Source: a bacterium (GTDB taxonomy: Bacteria; UBA8248). Taken from it: DNA of 64,000 nucleotides. A program made the position numbers and the translations under genes. The notes under the pieces are model-generated. The model was not told the DNA's origin, did no database searches, and was given only the letters and a program-made list of their open reading frames with translations. Positions 9,893 to 19,194 of the stretch are shown piece after piece; position 1 is the stretch's first letter; each line of letters begins with the position of its first letter. The stretch lies in assembly GCA_965203325.1 (NCBI GenBank), contig OZ241875.1:896001-960000 (forward strand), written 5' to 3'.

Positions 9893-10795
9893 CTAGCCAC
9901 ACAAGGCATCGCGCACGGCGGCGGGAATCTCGCGCATGTCCTCCACCACGGCGGCGCCCGCCTCTTTCAGCAGCGCCTTTTTCCGCGCGGGGGAACCCTC
10001 GCCGCGCTCGATGATGGCCGCCGCGTGGCCGAAGCTCACGCCCTGCGGGGCGGACTCGTTCACCATCCCGGCGATGAAGGCGACCACCGGCTTGGTGAAG
10101 CCGCCATCATTCATGAGGCGCGCCGCGTCTTCTTCGGCGCACGAGCCGGGTTCTCCGAACAGGACGACGCACTCGGTATCCGGATCGTCTTGGAATATGG
10201 GCATGAGTTCAGAAAACGGCGCGCCCACCATGGCGTCCCCGCCGACGCTCACGTAGGTGCTCTGGCCGACCCCCTCGCGCGTCAGGAGCCAGCAGGTCTC
10301 GCTCCCCATCCCCCCGCTCCTGCTCAGCACGCCCACCGGCCCGCGCCGGAACAGGAGGTTCGTGACGGGCAAGTCCCCGCCCGTCCCGCCCATCTTGGCG
10401 CGTCCGGGGCTGATGATTCCTTGGCTGTTGGGGCCCACGAGCCGTACCTCCGCGCGCCGGGCATGGGCGATCATCCGCGCCACGTCGTGCTGCGGCACCC
10501 CTTCCGCGCATACGAGGATCATGCCGACGCCCGCGTCCGCCGCCTCGATGGCCGATTCCGCCGCAGCGGCGGCCGGCACGAACAGGACGGCGGCGTCCGC
10601 CGGGTGCTCCTGGAGGGCCGAGGCGAACGAGTCGTAGACGGGAACGCCGTCGCAATCCTCGCCCGCGCGTCCGGGCACGACGCCGGCCACGACATTCGTG
10701 CCGTACGCCCGCATGAAGCCCGTGTGGGCGCGCGCCTGCCAGCCGGTGATGCCGGCCACGACGACGCGCGTGGTCTCATCGACGAGGATGCTCAC
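9893..10795 (-). CDS. succinate-CoA ligase alpha subunit-like acyl-CoA ligase
   Basis: GTG start overlapping the upstream stop; GITG, GPNSQG, SRSG and phospho-His motif FGHAAA. Confidence 0.85.
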   Translation of the reverse strand: MSILVDETTRVVVAGITGWQARAHTGFMRAYGTNVVAGVVPGRAGEDCDGVPVYDSFASALQEHPADAAVLFVPAAAAAESAIEAADAGVGMILVCAEGVPQHDVARMIAHARRAEVRLVGPNSQGIISPGRAKMGGTGGDLPVTNLLFRRGPVGVLSRSGGMGSETCWLLTREGVGQSTYVSVGGDAMVGAPFSELMPIFQDDPDTECVVLFGEPGSCAEEDAARLMNDGGFTKPVVAFIAGMVNESAPQGVSFGHAAAIIERGEGSPARKKALLKEAGAAVVEDMREIPAAVRDALCG

Positions 10796-12039
10796 CGCGC
10801 ACCTCCCGCGCTCATCCACGACTCGCCGCGCTTCACGGCTTCCACCTGGGCGACGATGCGCTCGGCGGCCTCTTCGAGCGTCACCTCATCCCCAAGATAC
10901 TGAAGGCCCGGACAGCCCGCGGCGATCTCCCGCGCCTCCTCCCCGCCCGCGCCCGCGAAGCGCACGATGAAGGGGAATTCCGCGAGGTCGACCCCCGTTT
11001 CCTCTACCGCGCGGGCGATGGCGCTGACTTTCAGCTGGACGCGTGAGAAACTCGTGATGTTGCTGCCCGCGAGCGCACCCTTCACGTTCGGCATCCGGAG
11101 GATTTCTTTGGTGATCTCGTAATACTTCTCCTCAAGCGGCCCCGGCGTGATGTCGAACGCCGTGGCAGGCCTGCCGCCCAGGCGCGCCATCGTGTCGAGC
11201 AGATACAGGCCGCCCCCGCCCCCGCTCCACATGAGGGCGATCTCCCCGTCTTCTATCTCCGTGAAGCGCGCCGTGTTGAACGGAGGAATCCCCGCGTCTA
11301 TCTCCGCGACCCGCGCCTCGGCGGGCGTGGGCGGGCGCCAGCCGCCGCCTGAGTCCTCATCCAGCAACGCTTCCAGTTCGGGGTGGCGGAACAGGGCGTC
11401 CGCGTCCAGATCGAGTACGCACGCGGCGGCGATAACCTCATCCTTATCGGTCAGGACAAGCGGGTTGACCTCCAGAAGCCGCGCATCGGTGCGCCGGAAG
11501 AGCGCGTAGCAGGCCTCAATGGCCATCGCCGCGCGGTAGAGGCCCTCCCCGTGCACGCCCATCGCGCGCAGGAACGAGATGCACCGCTCCTCGCTCAGGC
11601 CATCCAAAATATCCACCTCGAGCCGCTTGAGGGCTTCGGGGTTTTCCTCCAGGAGCGCCTCGATCTCCACACCGCCTTCGGTGCTGAACATGACGAGCGG
11701 TCCGCGCGATGCGCTGTCGAAGGCGACCGAGAGATACCACTCCTGCGCTATCGAGACTTTCTCCTCCACCAGCAGGCGTTTGACGGGAAAATGGTGCACG
11801 ACGCGCCCCAGGAGTTTCCGGGCCGCTTCTTCCGCCTCACCGGGCGTATCGGCAGGTAGAATCGCCCCCGCCTTGCCGCGTTTTCCGGCGGGCACTAGGG
11901 CCTTCACCATCACGGAGCAGCCGACCCCGCGCGCAGCTTCCGCCGCTTCTTCCGGCGTCGTAACGGAGCGGCCACGGGGGACGCGCACGCCCGCGTCGGC
12001 AAGGAGCGCTTTGGCCCTGTCCTCGAACACGCGGGGCAT
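10792..12039 (-). CDS. succinate-CoA ligase beta subunit-like ATP-grasp protein
   Basis: VKALVPAGKRGKAG, EGGVEIE, LLEVNPL, SGGGG motifs; divergent from housekeeping SucC. Confidence 0.85.
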   Translation of the reverse strand: MPRVFEDRAKALLADAGVRVPRGRSVTTPEEAAEAARGVGCSVMVKALVPAGKRGKAGAILPADTPGEAEEAARKLLGRVVHHFPVKRLLVEEKVSIAQEWYLSVAFDSASRGPLVMFSTEGGVEIEALLEENPEALKRLEVDILDGLSEERCISFLRAMGVHGEGLYRAAMAIEACYALFRRTDARLLEVNPLVLTDKDEVIAAACVLDLDADALFRHPELEALLDEDSGGGWRPPTPAEARVAEIDAGIPPFNTARFTEIEDGEIALMWSGGGGGLYLLDTMARLGGRPATAFDITPGPLEEKYYEITKEILRMPNVKGALAGSNITSFSRVQLKVSAIARAVEETGVDLAEFPFIVRFAGAGGEEAREIAAGCPGLQYLGDEVTLEEAAERIVAQVEAVKRGESWMSAGGAR

Positions 12040-12070
12040 GGCTATCTCACCGGAACCGGAAGTAGTGTGT

Positions 12071-12865
12071 TTACAGGATGGCCACGGGGCGGACGGGCGA
12101 GCCCGTGCCGCCGCGCACCTTGAGCGGCAGACAGACGAAGAGAAATTCATGCGCGCGGGCTTGGCTCAACTCCTCTAGCACGGCGACTTCGAGCAGATGG
12201 ATGCCGCTGTCGACCAGCATGTGGCAGTGCACCGGCAGGGAGGGAGCGGGCAGCACCTCGACGGCGAAGTTATCGCTCCCCGCCATGAAGATTCCCTGGT
12301 CGGAGAGCCATTTGGCGGCTTCGAGGTCGATTCCGGGCACGCCGCCTTTTTGGTGATAGTAGTTCCGGCCCGGCCAGTGTCGCATGTGGCCCGTGCGTAC
12401 GAGGACGACGTCGCCCTCTTCTATCCTGACGCCCTGGGCTGCGGCCGCGGCTCCCAGTTCTTCTTTCGTTATAGGCCGCCCCGCCTCCAAAACGTCTTTT
12501 TTGAGGTATGCCGCCACGTCGATCATCACGCCGCGCCGCACCACGGGCGCCACGCTCTCGACCCCGTGGGCTTTCAAGCCTTCGGTCTTGCTCTGATGCC
12601 CGGCGGCGTCCAGCCCGCCGTGGAGCTTCATGTCCCGCGCGACGTGGCCCAGGGCGTCGATGTGCGTGCCCGTGTGGCCGGTGCAGAAGAACGTATCCAC
12701 CGCCGAGCACGCCCCGCCCGCGTACATGAAGTCGCCGTGTTCCCTGATCATCGAATACCCGAACGGGCCGTGCAGCGGCACGTGGGGCATTCCGGGGAAA
12801 AGCTCTACCCCTAAATCGAACACTCTGCTGCCGCGCGCGATGGCGCGCAGGTCTTCCATGTTCAT
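12071..12865 (-). CDS. cyclase family metal-dependent hydrolase (kynurenine formamidase-like)
   Basis: HTGTHIDA metal motif, VRTG, C-terminal GGTGSPVRPVA. Confidence 0.9.
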   Translation of the reverse strand: MNMEDLRAIARGSRVFDLGVELFPGMPHVPLHGPFGYSMIREHGDFMYAGGACSAVDTFFCTGHTGTHIDALGHVARDMKLHGGLDAAGHQSKTEGLKAHGVESVAPVVRRGVMIDVAAYLKKDVLEAGRPITKEELGAAAAAQGVRIEEGDVVLVRTGHMRHWPGRNYYHQKGGVPGIDLEAAKWLSDQGIFMAGSDNFAVEVLPAPSLPVHCHMLVDSGIHLLEVAVLEELSQARAHEFLFVCLPLKVRGGTGSPVRPVAIL

Positions 12866-12959
12866 GATTCCCCCATTGAAAATTTCAGGAATTGTATCAA
12901 AGACATACCTCTACGCTTTATTCCTTGCCCGAAACGAGTGTTCACAACTCCGGCTCGGG

Positions 12960-13607
12960 TTAGTCTTCTTCAATCACGCTGTCGCTGATCCCATATACTT
13001 CTGCGTAAATGTCCGAGAGGTTTCTGCCTTCGAAAGTCCAATGCCCACAGGGCGGAGCCGAGTAAGCCAGGTTCAAGGCTACCCTCGTTGCAGCCGTCAG
13101 AGACATTTCCTCGCCGCGAAACGACACCTTTTTCTCTCCAATCACGACCGCTTTCTCGTGTGCGCCTTTCGTGGACACAAGCTCCGAACCATCCGGAACT
13201 CCCATCTCTGTGAAATTGAAATTCGGTTTACGGTTGCGTCTTTGGAATTTCCTCGCATCCTCTTTCTCTTCGGAAGACAAATCTTTACCCATGTCACGCC
13301 CAATCTCCGGCGTAACGTCTCGGGCGTCCGGCCAGATTTTGAGCAGAGCCTCCACCTGAGAACTTTTTACCGAGAAGAACTCTCTCGAACGATTCTCTCT
13401 TTGCGGCTCGAATGCGGCATGGAGGGCTTTCTCCAGTTCATCCCCATTATTCTCGACCTCGACCGCGATGGCGCAATTAAACGCAAAGGGAACGCCCGTC
13501 GTATACAGCTCTTTCATTCTCGCCCGGAGGTTATCCCGCTTCGTCTTGCCGATCTTGACGAGACCGGGCATCGCCGGGTTGGTCAGGACATATACGATGA
13601 CGGACAT
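12960..13607 (-). CDS. GIY-YIG nuclease, T5orf172 family, with a C-terminal RAMA-like domain
   Basis: VYVLTNPAMPGLVKIG.T, R.KELY.TGVP..F, LE..LH..F...R....REFF; C-terminal SLTAAT...GHWTFEG; visibly lower GC than neighbours. Confidence 0.85.
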   Translation of the reverse strand: MSVIVYVLTNPAMPGLVKIGKTKRDNLRARMKELYTTGVPFAFNCAIAVEVENNGDELEKALHAAFEPQRENRSREFFSVKSSQVEALLKIWPDARDVTPEIGRDMGKDLSSEEKEDARKFQRRNRKPNFNFTEMGVPDGSELVSTKGAHEKAVVIGEKKVSFRGEEMSLTAATRVALNLAYSAPPCGHWTFEGRNLSDIYAEVYGISDSVIEED

Positions 13608-13869
13608 GATTTTTCCTTACTTAGCAACTTCTTTTTAGCTGCCACAAATCAGACACCTTGCCATACATACTTAAAGCGAAAAGAGCGTTTTCGTATCTGA
13701 GACCACTATCGACGAAGCGCCGCAGGAAGGTCTATTAACTTCTTCATTCCCTGACCGATAGCTCCGGATCGCGTTTGGGCTACTATAGCTTTGCGTCTCC
13801 CCATCGGGCAAGGTAAACAGGGATGGAGATGGAAACGCGGCTTATCGAACCTCCCCGGAGCAGGAACGC

Positions 13870-14292
13870 ATGAATCTGGCGGCGTATATTCACCCGGCTT
13901 TTCAGATAATCACCCTTTCGCTGGGCCTGGTCACGCTGGCGAACGGCCTGCGCGTGAGGCGCTCGCGCAAGGGGGGCGCCGGCCCCGAGACGGCGCGGAT
14001 CGCCCGACTGCACATGCGGCTCGGTCGGTGGTTTATTACTCTTTTCTCAGTGGGTTACGCACTCGGATTGGGGGGTATGCGCTTCGCCCTGGAAGGCCCC
14101 CTCTACGAGACGGCGCACAGCTATTTCGCCACCCTGACGCTCGTCCTGTTCTGGACGACGGCCTGGCTGGGCCGGAAGCTGAGGAAAAATCCGGGTAAAG
14201 ATGATCTAAGGCAGATTCATTCCTATTGCGGGTTTCTCGCCGTCTTCATCGCCCTGTTCGTCGCCGTTCTGGGGATGCGGCTGCTTCCCTAG
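13870..14292 (+). CDS. 4-TM membrane protein with His in the helices (DUF4079/cytochrome b561-like)
   Basis: Four hydrophobic helices with YIHP, RLH, TAH and QIH; ends GMRLLP. Confidence 0.55.
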   Translation: MNLAAYIHPAFQIITLSLGLVTLANGLRVRRSRKGGAGPETARIARLHMRLGRWFITLFSVGYALGLGGMRFALEGPLYETAHSYFATLTLVLFWTTAWLGRKLRKNPGKDDLRQIHSYCGFLAVFIALFVAVLGMRLLP

Positions 14293-14317
14293 CGTCTCCC
14301 GTGCGTATCATGACCGG

Positions 14318-15108
14318 TTACCAGCTAAACCTGTAGATGATCGCCAGGCGCGCGACACCGAGTTCTGCGTCGATATCGTAGGGACACGGTCGCCGGGGCA
14401 TTTCCGGCCCACAGCGGTTATCGCCCGAGCGATTGACGTAATGGGTGCTCCGCCCGAAATCCATATAAGAGCCTTCGAGCCGCAGCGTCCAGGATTCGTC
14501 CAAGGGGACTTCCAGACCCAAGCCGAGCGTCCAGCCGAACCCGGTCGATACGTCGCGAAATGAATCGTCAGGGTCCATCCGAGGCGGCGTGTCCACGCCG
14601 GAATCGATGTCAGTCACCGAGTTCTCGAACCGAGCGGCCGCAACCCCGCCGGATACGAACACCGTCACTGGGCCGATGGACCGCTCAACCCCAACACGCG
14701 CTGCGGCGACCCATCGAAATTCCGATACCACCGTCTCGTCCAGACCTTCCGGATCGAGTCTGTTCGACCTCGCCGATATATCCCCGAACATTGCGTCGAG
14801 TTCGAGTCTGAGCGGTACGCCACCAATCCGTAGCCTTTTCCCCGCCAGCGCGCCGGCGAGATAGCCCGAATCCTCATAACCGAGAACCGCTCCGGTATTG
14901 CCCCAGTTCGCGAAACCATCGACATCAGTGATTTTGTTCTTCGCTCGACCGAAGCCTGTTTGCGCGCCCACGTAGGTCACGCCCCACTCGAACCCCGCAT
15001 CATCCCCCCAGCGTTTGCCGGAGTGGCGAGCATCAGCGTCAACAAAGCGGAAAACACCACGACAGACTGACGCCATATGAAATATCGCCTTGAACTTGTA
15101 TGAAACAT
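14318..15108 (-). pseudogene. outer-membrane beta-barrel (Omp25/31-like porin), frameshifted at G6 tract 15004-15009
   Basis: Barrel domain (YVGAQ.G, GWTLGLG.E, WTLRLE..Y.DFG, C-terminal YRF) is in one frame, the signal peptide MFHTSSRRYFIWRQSVVVFSALLTLMLATPANA in another; the frames meet at gggggg. Confidence 0.65.
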
Positions 15109-15306
15109 TTTCATCCTTTTTTCTGTGTATTGTGGGCGTGCGCCATCATACCCACTTTCTCTCCAATCAAAAAACGTTGCTGCTCCCCTGATCTCTTCGA
15201 TTCTGATAGAATCGGACCGATGCCGCCGCTCTACGAGGCAGAATCCATGACGGTATTCCCCTTGATGTTGTCGCGCCGAATCCATCCCCCCAGGGGAGAA
15301 AGAACC

Positions 15307-16236
15307 ATGCTGAGAAAATCGAGGCTCGTCCTTCTCGGCGCCCTCCTTGTCGTCTCGATATGGGCCGCCCTTCCGGCTCTGGCGGCGAACGCACCCAAGA
15401 ACCCGTGCGCCGGAAACCCTTGCGCCGCCCAAAATCCCTGCGCGGCGAAGAACGCCTGCGCCAGGACGGAGAAAAACCCGCGCATCGTCAAACCGTCCAC
15501 CTCCCCTGCGGGCGGCGGGGCCCGGGCGGCTAGCAAAAAGCCGACCGTCACGCATCCGCCCTCTCTCTCCACCCCGAAGCGCGACGCCAGCGTGAAGGAC
15601 GCCGTCGCCCGGGGCAGGAAAATCTTCCGCAGCACCGGCTGCGTCAGCTGCCACCCCAGGGGCCGCACCATCCGGGGCACCGTCGTGGACGTCACGGGCG
15701 CGAGGCATCCGGTTCCCGTCCCGACCCTCATCGGAGCGTCGGAGCACTTCCCGCGCCTGAGTCCGGCGGGACATGTGGTGAGCGTCGGGCAGTTCAACGA
15801 CTGGTGCGCCAGGACGTTCATCGGAAACCCGCCCATGAACCCCTATTCGCAGGAATACAAGGACCTGGAAGCCTACGTGGCCTCCCTCTCGCCCGCGCGG
15901 TATGCGCGCATGCTCGAGTGGGAAGCGAAGCGCAAGGCGTTCATGAAGACGGTGCAACCCGCGGCCGGTGGCGCAAACCCCGGCGGAACCAACGCCGCCG
16001 CACCGAAGAATCCCGGCGGGGATGCGTCCATTGCGAGAAACCCAGGTGAACCTGCGAATCCGTGTGCGCCGAACAACCCCGGCGCACCAGCGAATCCATG
16101 CGCCGCCACGAACCCGTGCGCACCCCAAAGCCCAGGCGCGTCCAGTAATCCGTGCGCTGCACAAAACCCTTGCGCTCCCCAAAACCCGTGTGCCGCCAAG
16201 AATCCGTGCGCCAAAAATCCTTGCGCGAAGAAATAA
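15307..16236 (+). CDS. secreted monoheme cytochrome c (SoxA/TsdA-like domain) with Asn-Pro-Cys repeats
   Basis: RBS ggggag, ATG 15307, signal peptide ending ALA; CVSCH; FNDWC...EYKDLEAYVASL; 11 NPC repeats at the two ends. Confidence 0.75.
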   Translation: MLRKSRLVLLGALLVVSIWAALPALAANAPKNPCAGNPCAAQNPCAAKNACARTEKNPRIVKPSTSPAGGGARAASKKPTVTHPPSLSTPKRDASVKDAVARGRKIFRSTGCVSCHPRGRTIRGTVVDVTGARHPVPVPTLIGASEHFPRLSPAGHVVSVGQFNDWCARTFIGNPPMNPYSQEYKDLEAYVASLSPARYARMLEWEAKRKAFMKTVQPAAGGANPGGTNAAAPKNPGGDASIARNPGEPANPCAPNNPGAPANPCAATNPCAPQSPGASSNPCAAQNPCAPQNPCAAKNPCAKNPCAKK

Positions 16237-16336
16237 TGGTGGCTTGACCGGCATCATCGGGTGAGCAACCGGCGCGCCCGCGCTTGAGACTCAGCCTCCA
16301 ACCCGTATCGACGAGACCGCTGGAAGAGGACAGGAA

Positions 16337-17137
16337 ATGAAGTTTTTGAGGAAAAAGGGGGTGTGGGTCGCCCTGGCTTGCTCGCTGAGCCTCACCGCGC
16401 CCGCCGCCTCTCTTGCGGCCAGGAGAATCCCCCCGAATCCCGAAACGGCGAAGCAAAACGGCGGGGATTACTGGCGGGGCAAGAAAATTTACGGGGAAAT
16501 CTGCTTCTCCTGCCACGGGGTCAAGGGCGACGGCAAGGGGCCGATCTGGCGGACGGTGAGGCCGAGGCCCCAGGTGTTCATCAGCCCCTACATGAAGCGC
16601 ATGACGGACGACTACATGTTCGCCGTCGTGAAGTTCGGCAAGATGAACGTGCTCAAAAACCAGACAAAGGGCCACAAGGTGAAGAACGGCGTCCCCACCG
16701 CCATGCCCTCCTTCGGCGAATCGCTGGACGACGCGCAGATCCGAAAACTCATCAGGTGGGTGCGCGGCTTCAGCAAAGGGGAGCAGCCGAAAGACGAGGT
16801 GAGCCGGGAAATCTTCACCGACGCCTGCTCCCAGTGCCACGGCGAAAAAGGCCTCGGAAACGGTGCCCGCCCCGTGGAGGATCAGGACCCCGGAAAGCCG
16901 TTCATCAGCCACATCCAGCCGCCGCCGATGAACTATCACCTGCGAGAGCAGATGGCGCGCTTCAATGACGGGTTTCTCTTCTGGCTCATCAAGCTCGGAC
17001 GCATCGACGCCAGCGAGATAAAGAAGTTCAATTTCATGCAGTCCTACGGCCACCTGCTGAAAGACGAGGATATCTGGTCGGTCGTCCGCTACGTCCGGGA
17101 AGCGTTCATCAACGGAAAACCGCGAAAGAACAAATAG
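16337..17137 (+). CDS. periplasmic diheme cytochrome c
   Basis: Signal peptide; CFSCH and CSQCH; distal Met motifs TAMPSF and FMQSY. Confidence 0.9.
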   Translation: MKFLRKKGVWVALACSLSLTAPAASLAARRIPPNPETAKQNGGDYWRGKKIYGEICFSCHGVKGDGKGPIWRTVRPRPQVFISPYMKRMTDDYMFAVVKFGKMNVLKNQTKGHKVKNGVPTAMPSFGESLDDAQIRKLIRWVRGFSKGEQPKDEVSREIFTDACSQCHGEKGLGNGARPVEDQDPGKPFISHIQPPPMNYHLREQMARFNDGFLFWLIKLGRIDASEIKKFNFMQSYGHLLKDEDIWSVVRYVREAFINGKPRKNK

Positions 17138-17191
17138 GCGGGGCATAAAGGGGCTCTTTCGAATACCGCCGCCGCCGAGGAGTGATGAACG

Positions 17192-17620
17192 ATGCGCTTG
17201 TGGAGCCTTCATCCCAAATATCTCGATGCCAGGGGCCTCGTCGCCCTCTGGCGAGAAGCCCTGCTCGCCCAGTCGCTTCTGGCGGATGAGACGAAGGGCT
17301 ACCGCAATCATCCCCAACTTGAGCGGTTCCGCGCAGGCGCCAGACCCGCCGCCCTCATCGCCGAATATCTGAGAGCCGTGCGCGCGGAATCGCTTGCGCG
17401 TGGCTACCGGTTCGATAAAGGCAAGATAGGCCGCCTTCGAACTTCGAAACGACTGGACGTTACGAGCGGCCAGCTCGAATTCGAGTGGCGTCACCTGATG
17501 AAAAAGCTGGAAACCCGCGCGCCCGAACTACACGAAACATACCTGGTGGAGGCCTCGCCCGAACCCCATCCCCTTTTCCGCGTCACGCCCGGCGGAATCG
17601 CCGGTTGGGAGCGAGCGTAA
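17192..17620 (+). CDS. pyrimidine dimer DNA glycosylase / endonuclease V family
   Basis: MRLWSLHPKYLD..GLVALWREALLAQ and GYRNHPQLERF motifs. Confidence 0.85.
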   Translation: MRLWSLHPKYLDARGLVALWREALLAQSLLADETKGYRNHPQLERFRAGARPAALIAEYLRAVRAESLARGYRFDKGKIGRLRTSKRLDVTSGQLEFEWRHLMKKLETRAPELHETYLVEASPEPHPLFRVTPGGIAGWERA

Positions 17621-17703
17621 GGCTTCGTTTCAAGACAAGACGCGCCGCGCGGTTTGTGAGAAAATGCGCGCGTCGCCCGAAATCTCCGTTTCCTGGGAGT
17701 TTC

Positions 17704-18018
17704 ATGATGCGTTTCGACCCTGAGGCATCGCGCGAGGAAATCACCTCTTTTTGCGAACGCTGGCAGGTTACGCAGCTCGACGTCTTCGGCTCGGCGTTGC
17801 GCGAGGACTTCGGCCCCGATAGCGACATCGACTTCCTCGTCAGCTTCGAGGAAAGCGCGCGCCATACCCTCTTCGACATGGTTCGCATGGAAGGGGAATT
17901 GAAGGGGATTTTCGGGCGCGATGTGGACCTCGTCGAGCGCGCGGGGGTCGAACAAAGCCGTAACCATATTCGCCGCGAAGCCATCCTCCAGTCCACCGAG
18001 ACGATTTATGCGGCGTGA
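17704..18018 (+). CDS. minimal nucleotidyltransferase (MntA-type antitoxin)
   Basis: FGSALREDFGPDSDID (GSx10DxD), about 104 aa, overlaps the HEPN gene. Confidence 0.85.
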   Translation: MMRFDPEASREEITSFCERWQVTQLDVFGSALREDFGPDSDIDFLVSFEESARHTLFDMVRMEGELKGIFGRDVDLVERAGVEQSRNHIRREAILQSTETIYAA

Positions 18019-18346
18019 AGAAGCCTGGCTGATCGACATGCTGCAGGCGGCGCGCGAAGCGGCGGCGTTCGTCGACGGTTTGAGCTTCGCGGAGTTCAAG
18101 CAAAACCGCATGGCGCAACTCGCCATCCTGAAAGCCATAGAAATCGTCGGAGAAGCCGCCTCCCATGTCGGCCCTGACGCCAAAGAGGCGCATCCTGAAA
18201 TCCCATGGCCCGAAATCATTGGTATGCGAAACCGCCTTGTGCATGGATATTTCAACGTCAACCTGATGCGCGTCTGGGAAACCGTCCAGCAGGACATCCC
18301 CCAACTCATTTCCCGACTCGAACGGCTCGCGCCGCCGGGGTCTTAG
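18008..18346 (+). CDS. HEPN domain RNase toxin (HepT/DUF86)
   Basis: IVGEAA, PEIPW..IIGMRNRLVHGY with the Rx4H motif. Confidence 0.9.
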   Translation: MRREEAWLIDMLQAAREAAAFVDGLSFAEFKQNRMAQLAILKAIEIVGEAASHVGPDAKEAHPEIPWPEIIGMRNRLVHGYFNVNLMRVWETVQQDIPQLISRLERLAPPGS

Positions 18347-19179
18347 TCTATCGCTCCCCCATCCCCCGCCCAGACCTTGACGAGGGTGTGAAACTCCCCG
18401 TTTTCCCCGAACCGGTCGATTTGCTCGGGCAGGCCCGTCATCATCGCGCGGTCGAAGCGTTGCCCGACTTGTACGACGCCGCGCGCCTCCTCCGTCACCG
18501 CTGAGACCTCGCATACCGCGCCGCTCGCTTCCAAGTCGTCCATCAGCGCTTCATACGGCGCGCCCCAAAGCGGGAAGTGGAGCGATGCGCCAAGATCGGC
18601 GGCCAATTCACGAAACGCCTCGACGCGCCAATCGCGTATGTGTTCGAGATGCAGGTCGCCGAAAACGAAACGGGATATCTGCGGAATCACCCGGGCCGCC
18701 TCGGCGATGCGCTCCTCATACACTTCTCCCGGATGGAGGGGTACGCCCAGCAGCGGGACGCCCAGGTATTCCGCCTGTCGCGCCACCAGTTCGATATCGA
18801 GTTCCTGATGCGCGATTTTCCGGCTTGCCGCGTCGAAGGTGGTGAGCAGAACGATTGACCTTTCGTCCTCGCGCCGCAAGGCCCGCCAGGTGAGATAGCT
18901 GTCCTTGCCCCCGCTCCAGAAGAGCACGTCGGCGGGTCCGGTGGGAGGCGGAACGCCGGTCATCCAGGTGGGCCGGCGGGCGAGGCGGGGGCGTTCTTCC
19001 ACAGGCACCGCCTCATGCGCGTAGGGGCAGTGGCGGCAGCCGCTGCCGCAGCAACTCCCGCGCCGCCTGAGCCCGATCTCGGTGAAGACGCGCCACCCCG
19101 TCTCGGGATCGACGTAGTATTCCTCACCATTACGGCACGCGCGCTCATGGAGAGTCGCCCAATTGTTCTCGTTCATCAC
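18343..19179 (-). CDS. fusion of a Cys-rich DUF5522-like domain and a Dph6/PP-loop adenine nucleotide alpha hydrolase
   Basis: N-terminal Y.DPETG..VFT...L..RG.CCGSGCRHCPY; WSGGKDS PP-loop, FGDLHL, GENGEFHT. Confidence 0.8.
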   Translation of the reverse strand: MMNENNWATLHERACRNGEEYYVDPETGWRVFTEIGLRRRGSCCGSGCRHCPYAHEAVPVEERPRLARRPTWMTGVPPPTGPADVLFWSGGKDSYLTWRALRREDERSIVLLTTFDAASRKIAHQELDIELVARQAEYLGVPLLGVPLHPGEVYEERIAEAARVIPQISRFVFGDLHLEHIRDWRVEAFRELAADLGASLHFPLWGAPYEALMDDLEASGAVCEVSAVTEEARGVVQVGQRFDRAMMTGLPEQIDRFGENGEFHTLVKVWAGDGGAID

Positions 19180-19194
19180 TCGTTCCGGTGGGTA

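Noticed and set aside
15960..16236. Tandem 15-18-bp repeats as a possible CRISPR array
   Set aside because: In-frame coding repeats (NPC units) with no unique spacers and no cas genes.
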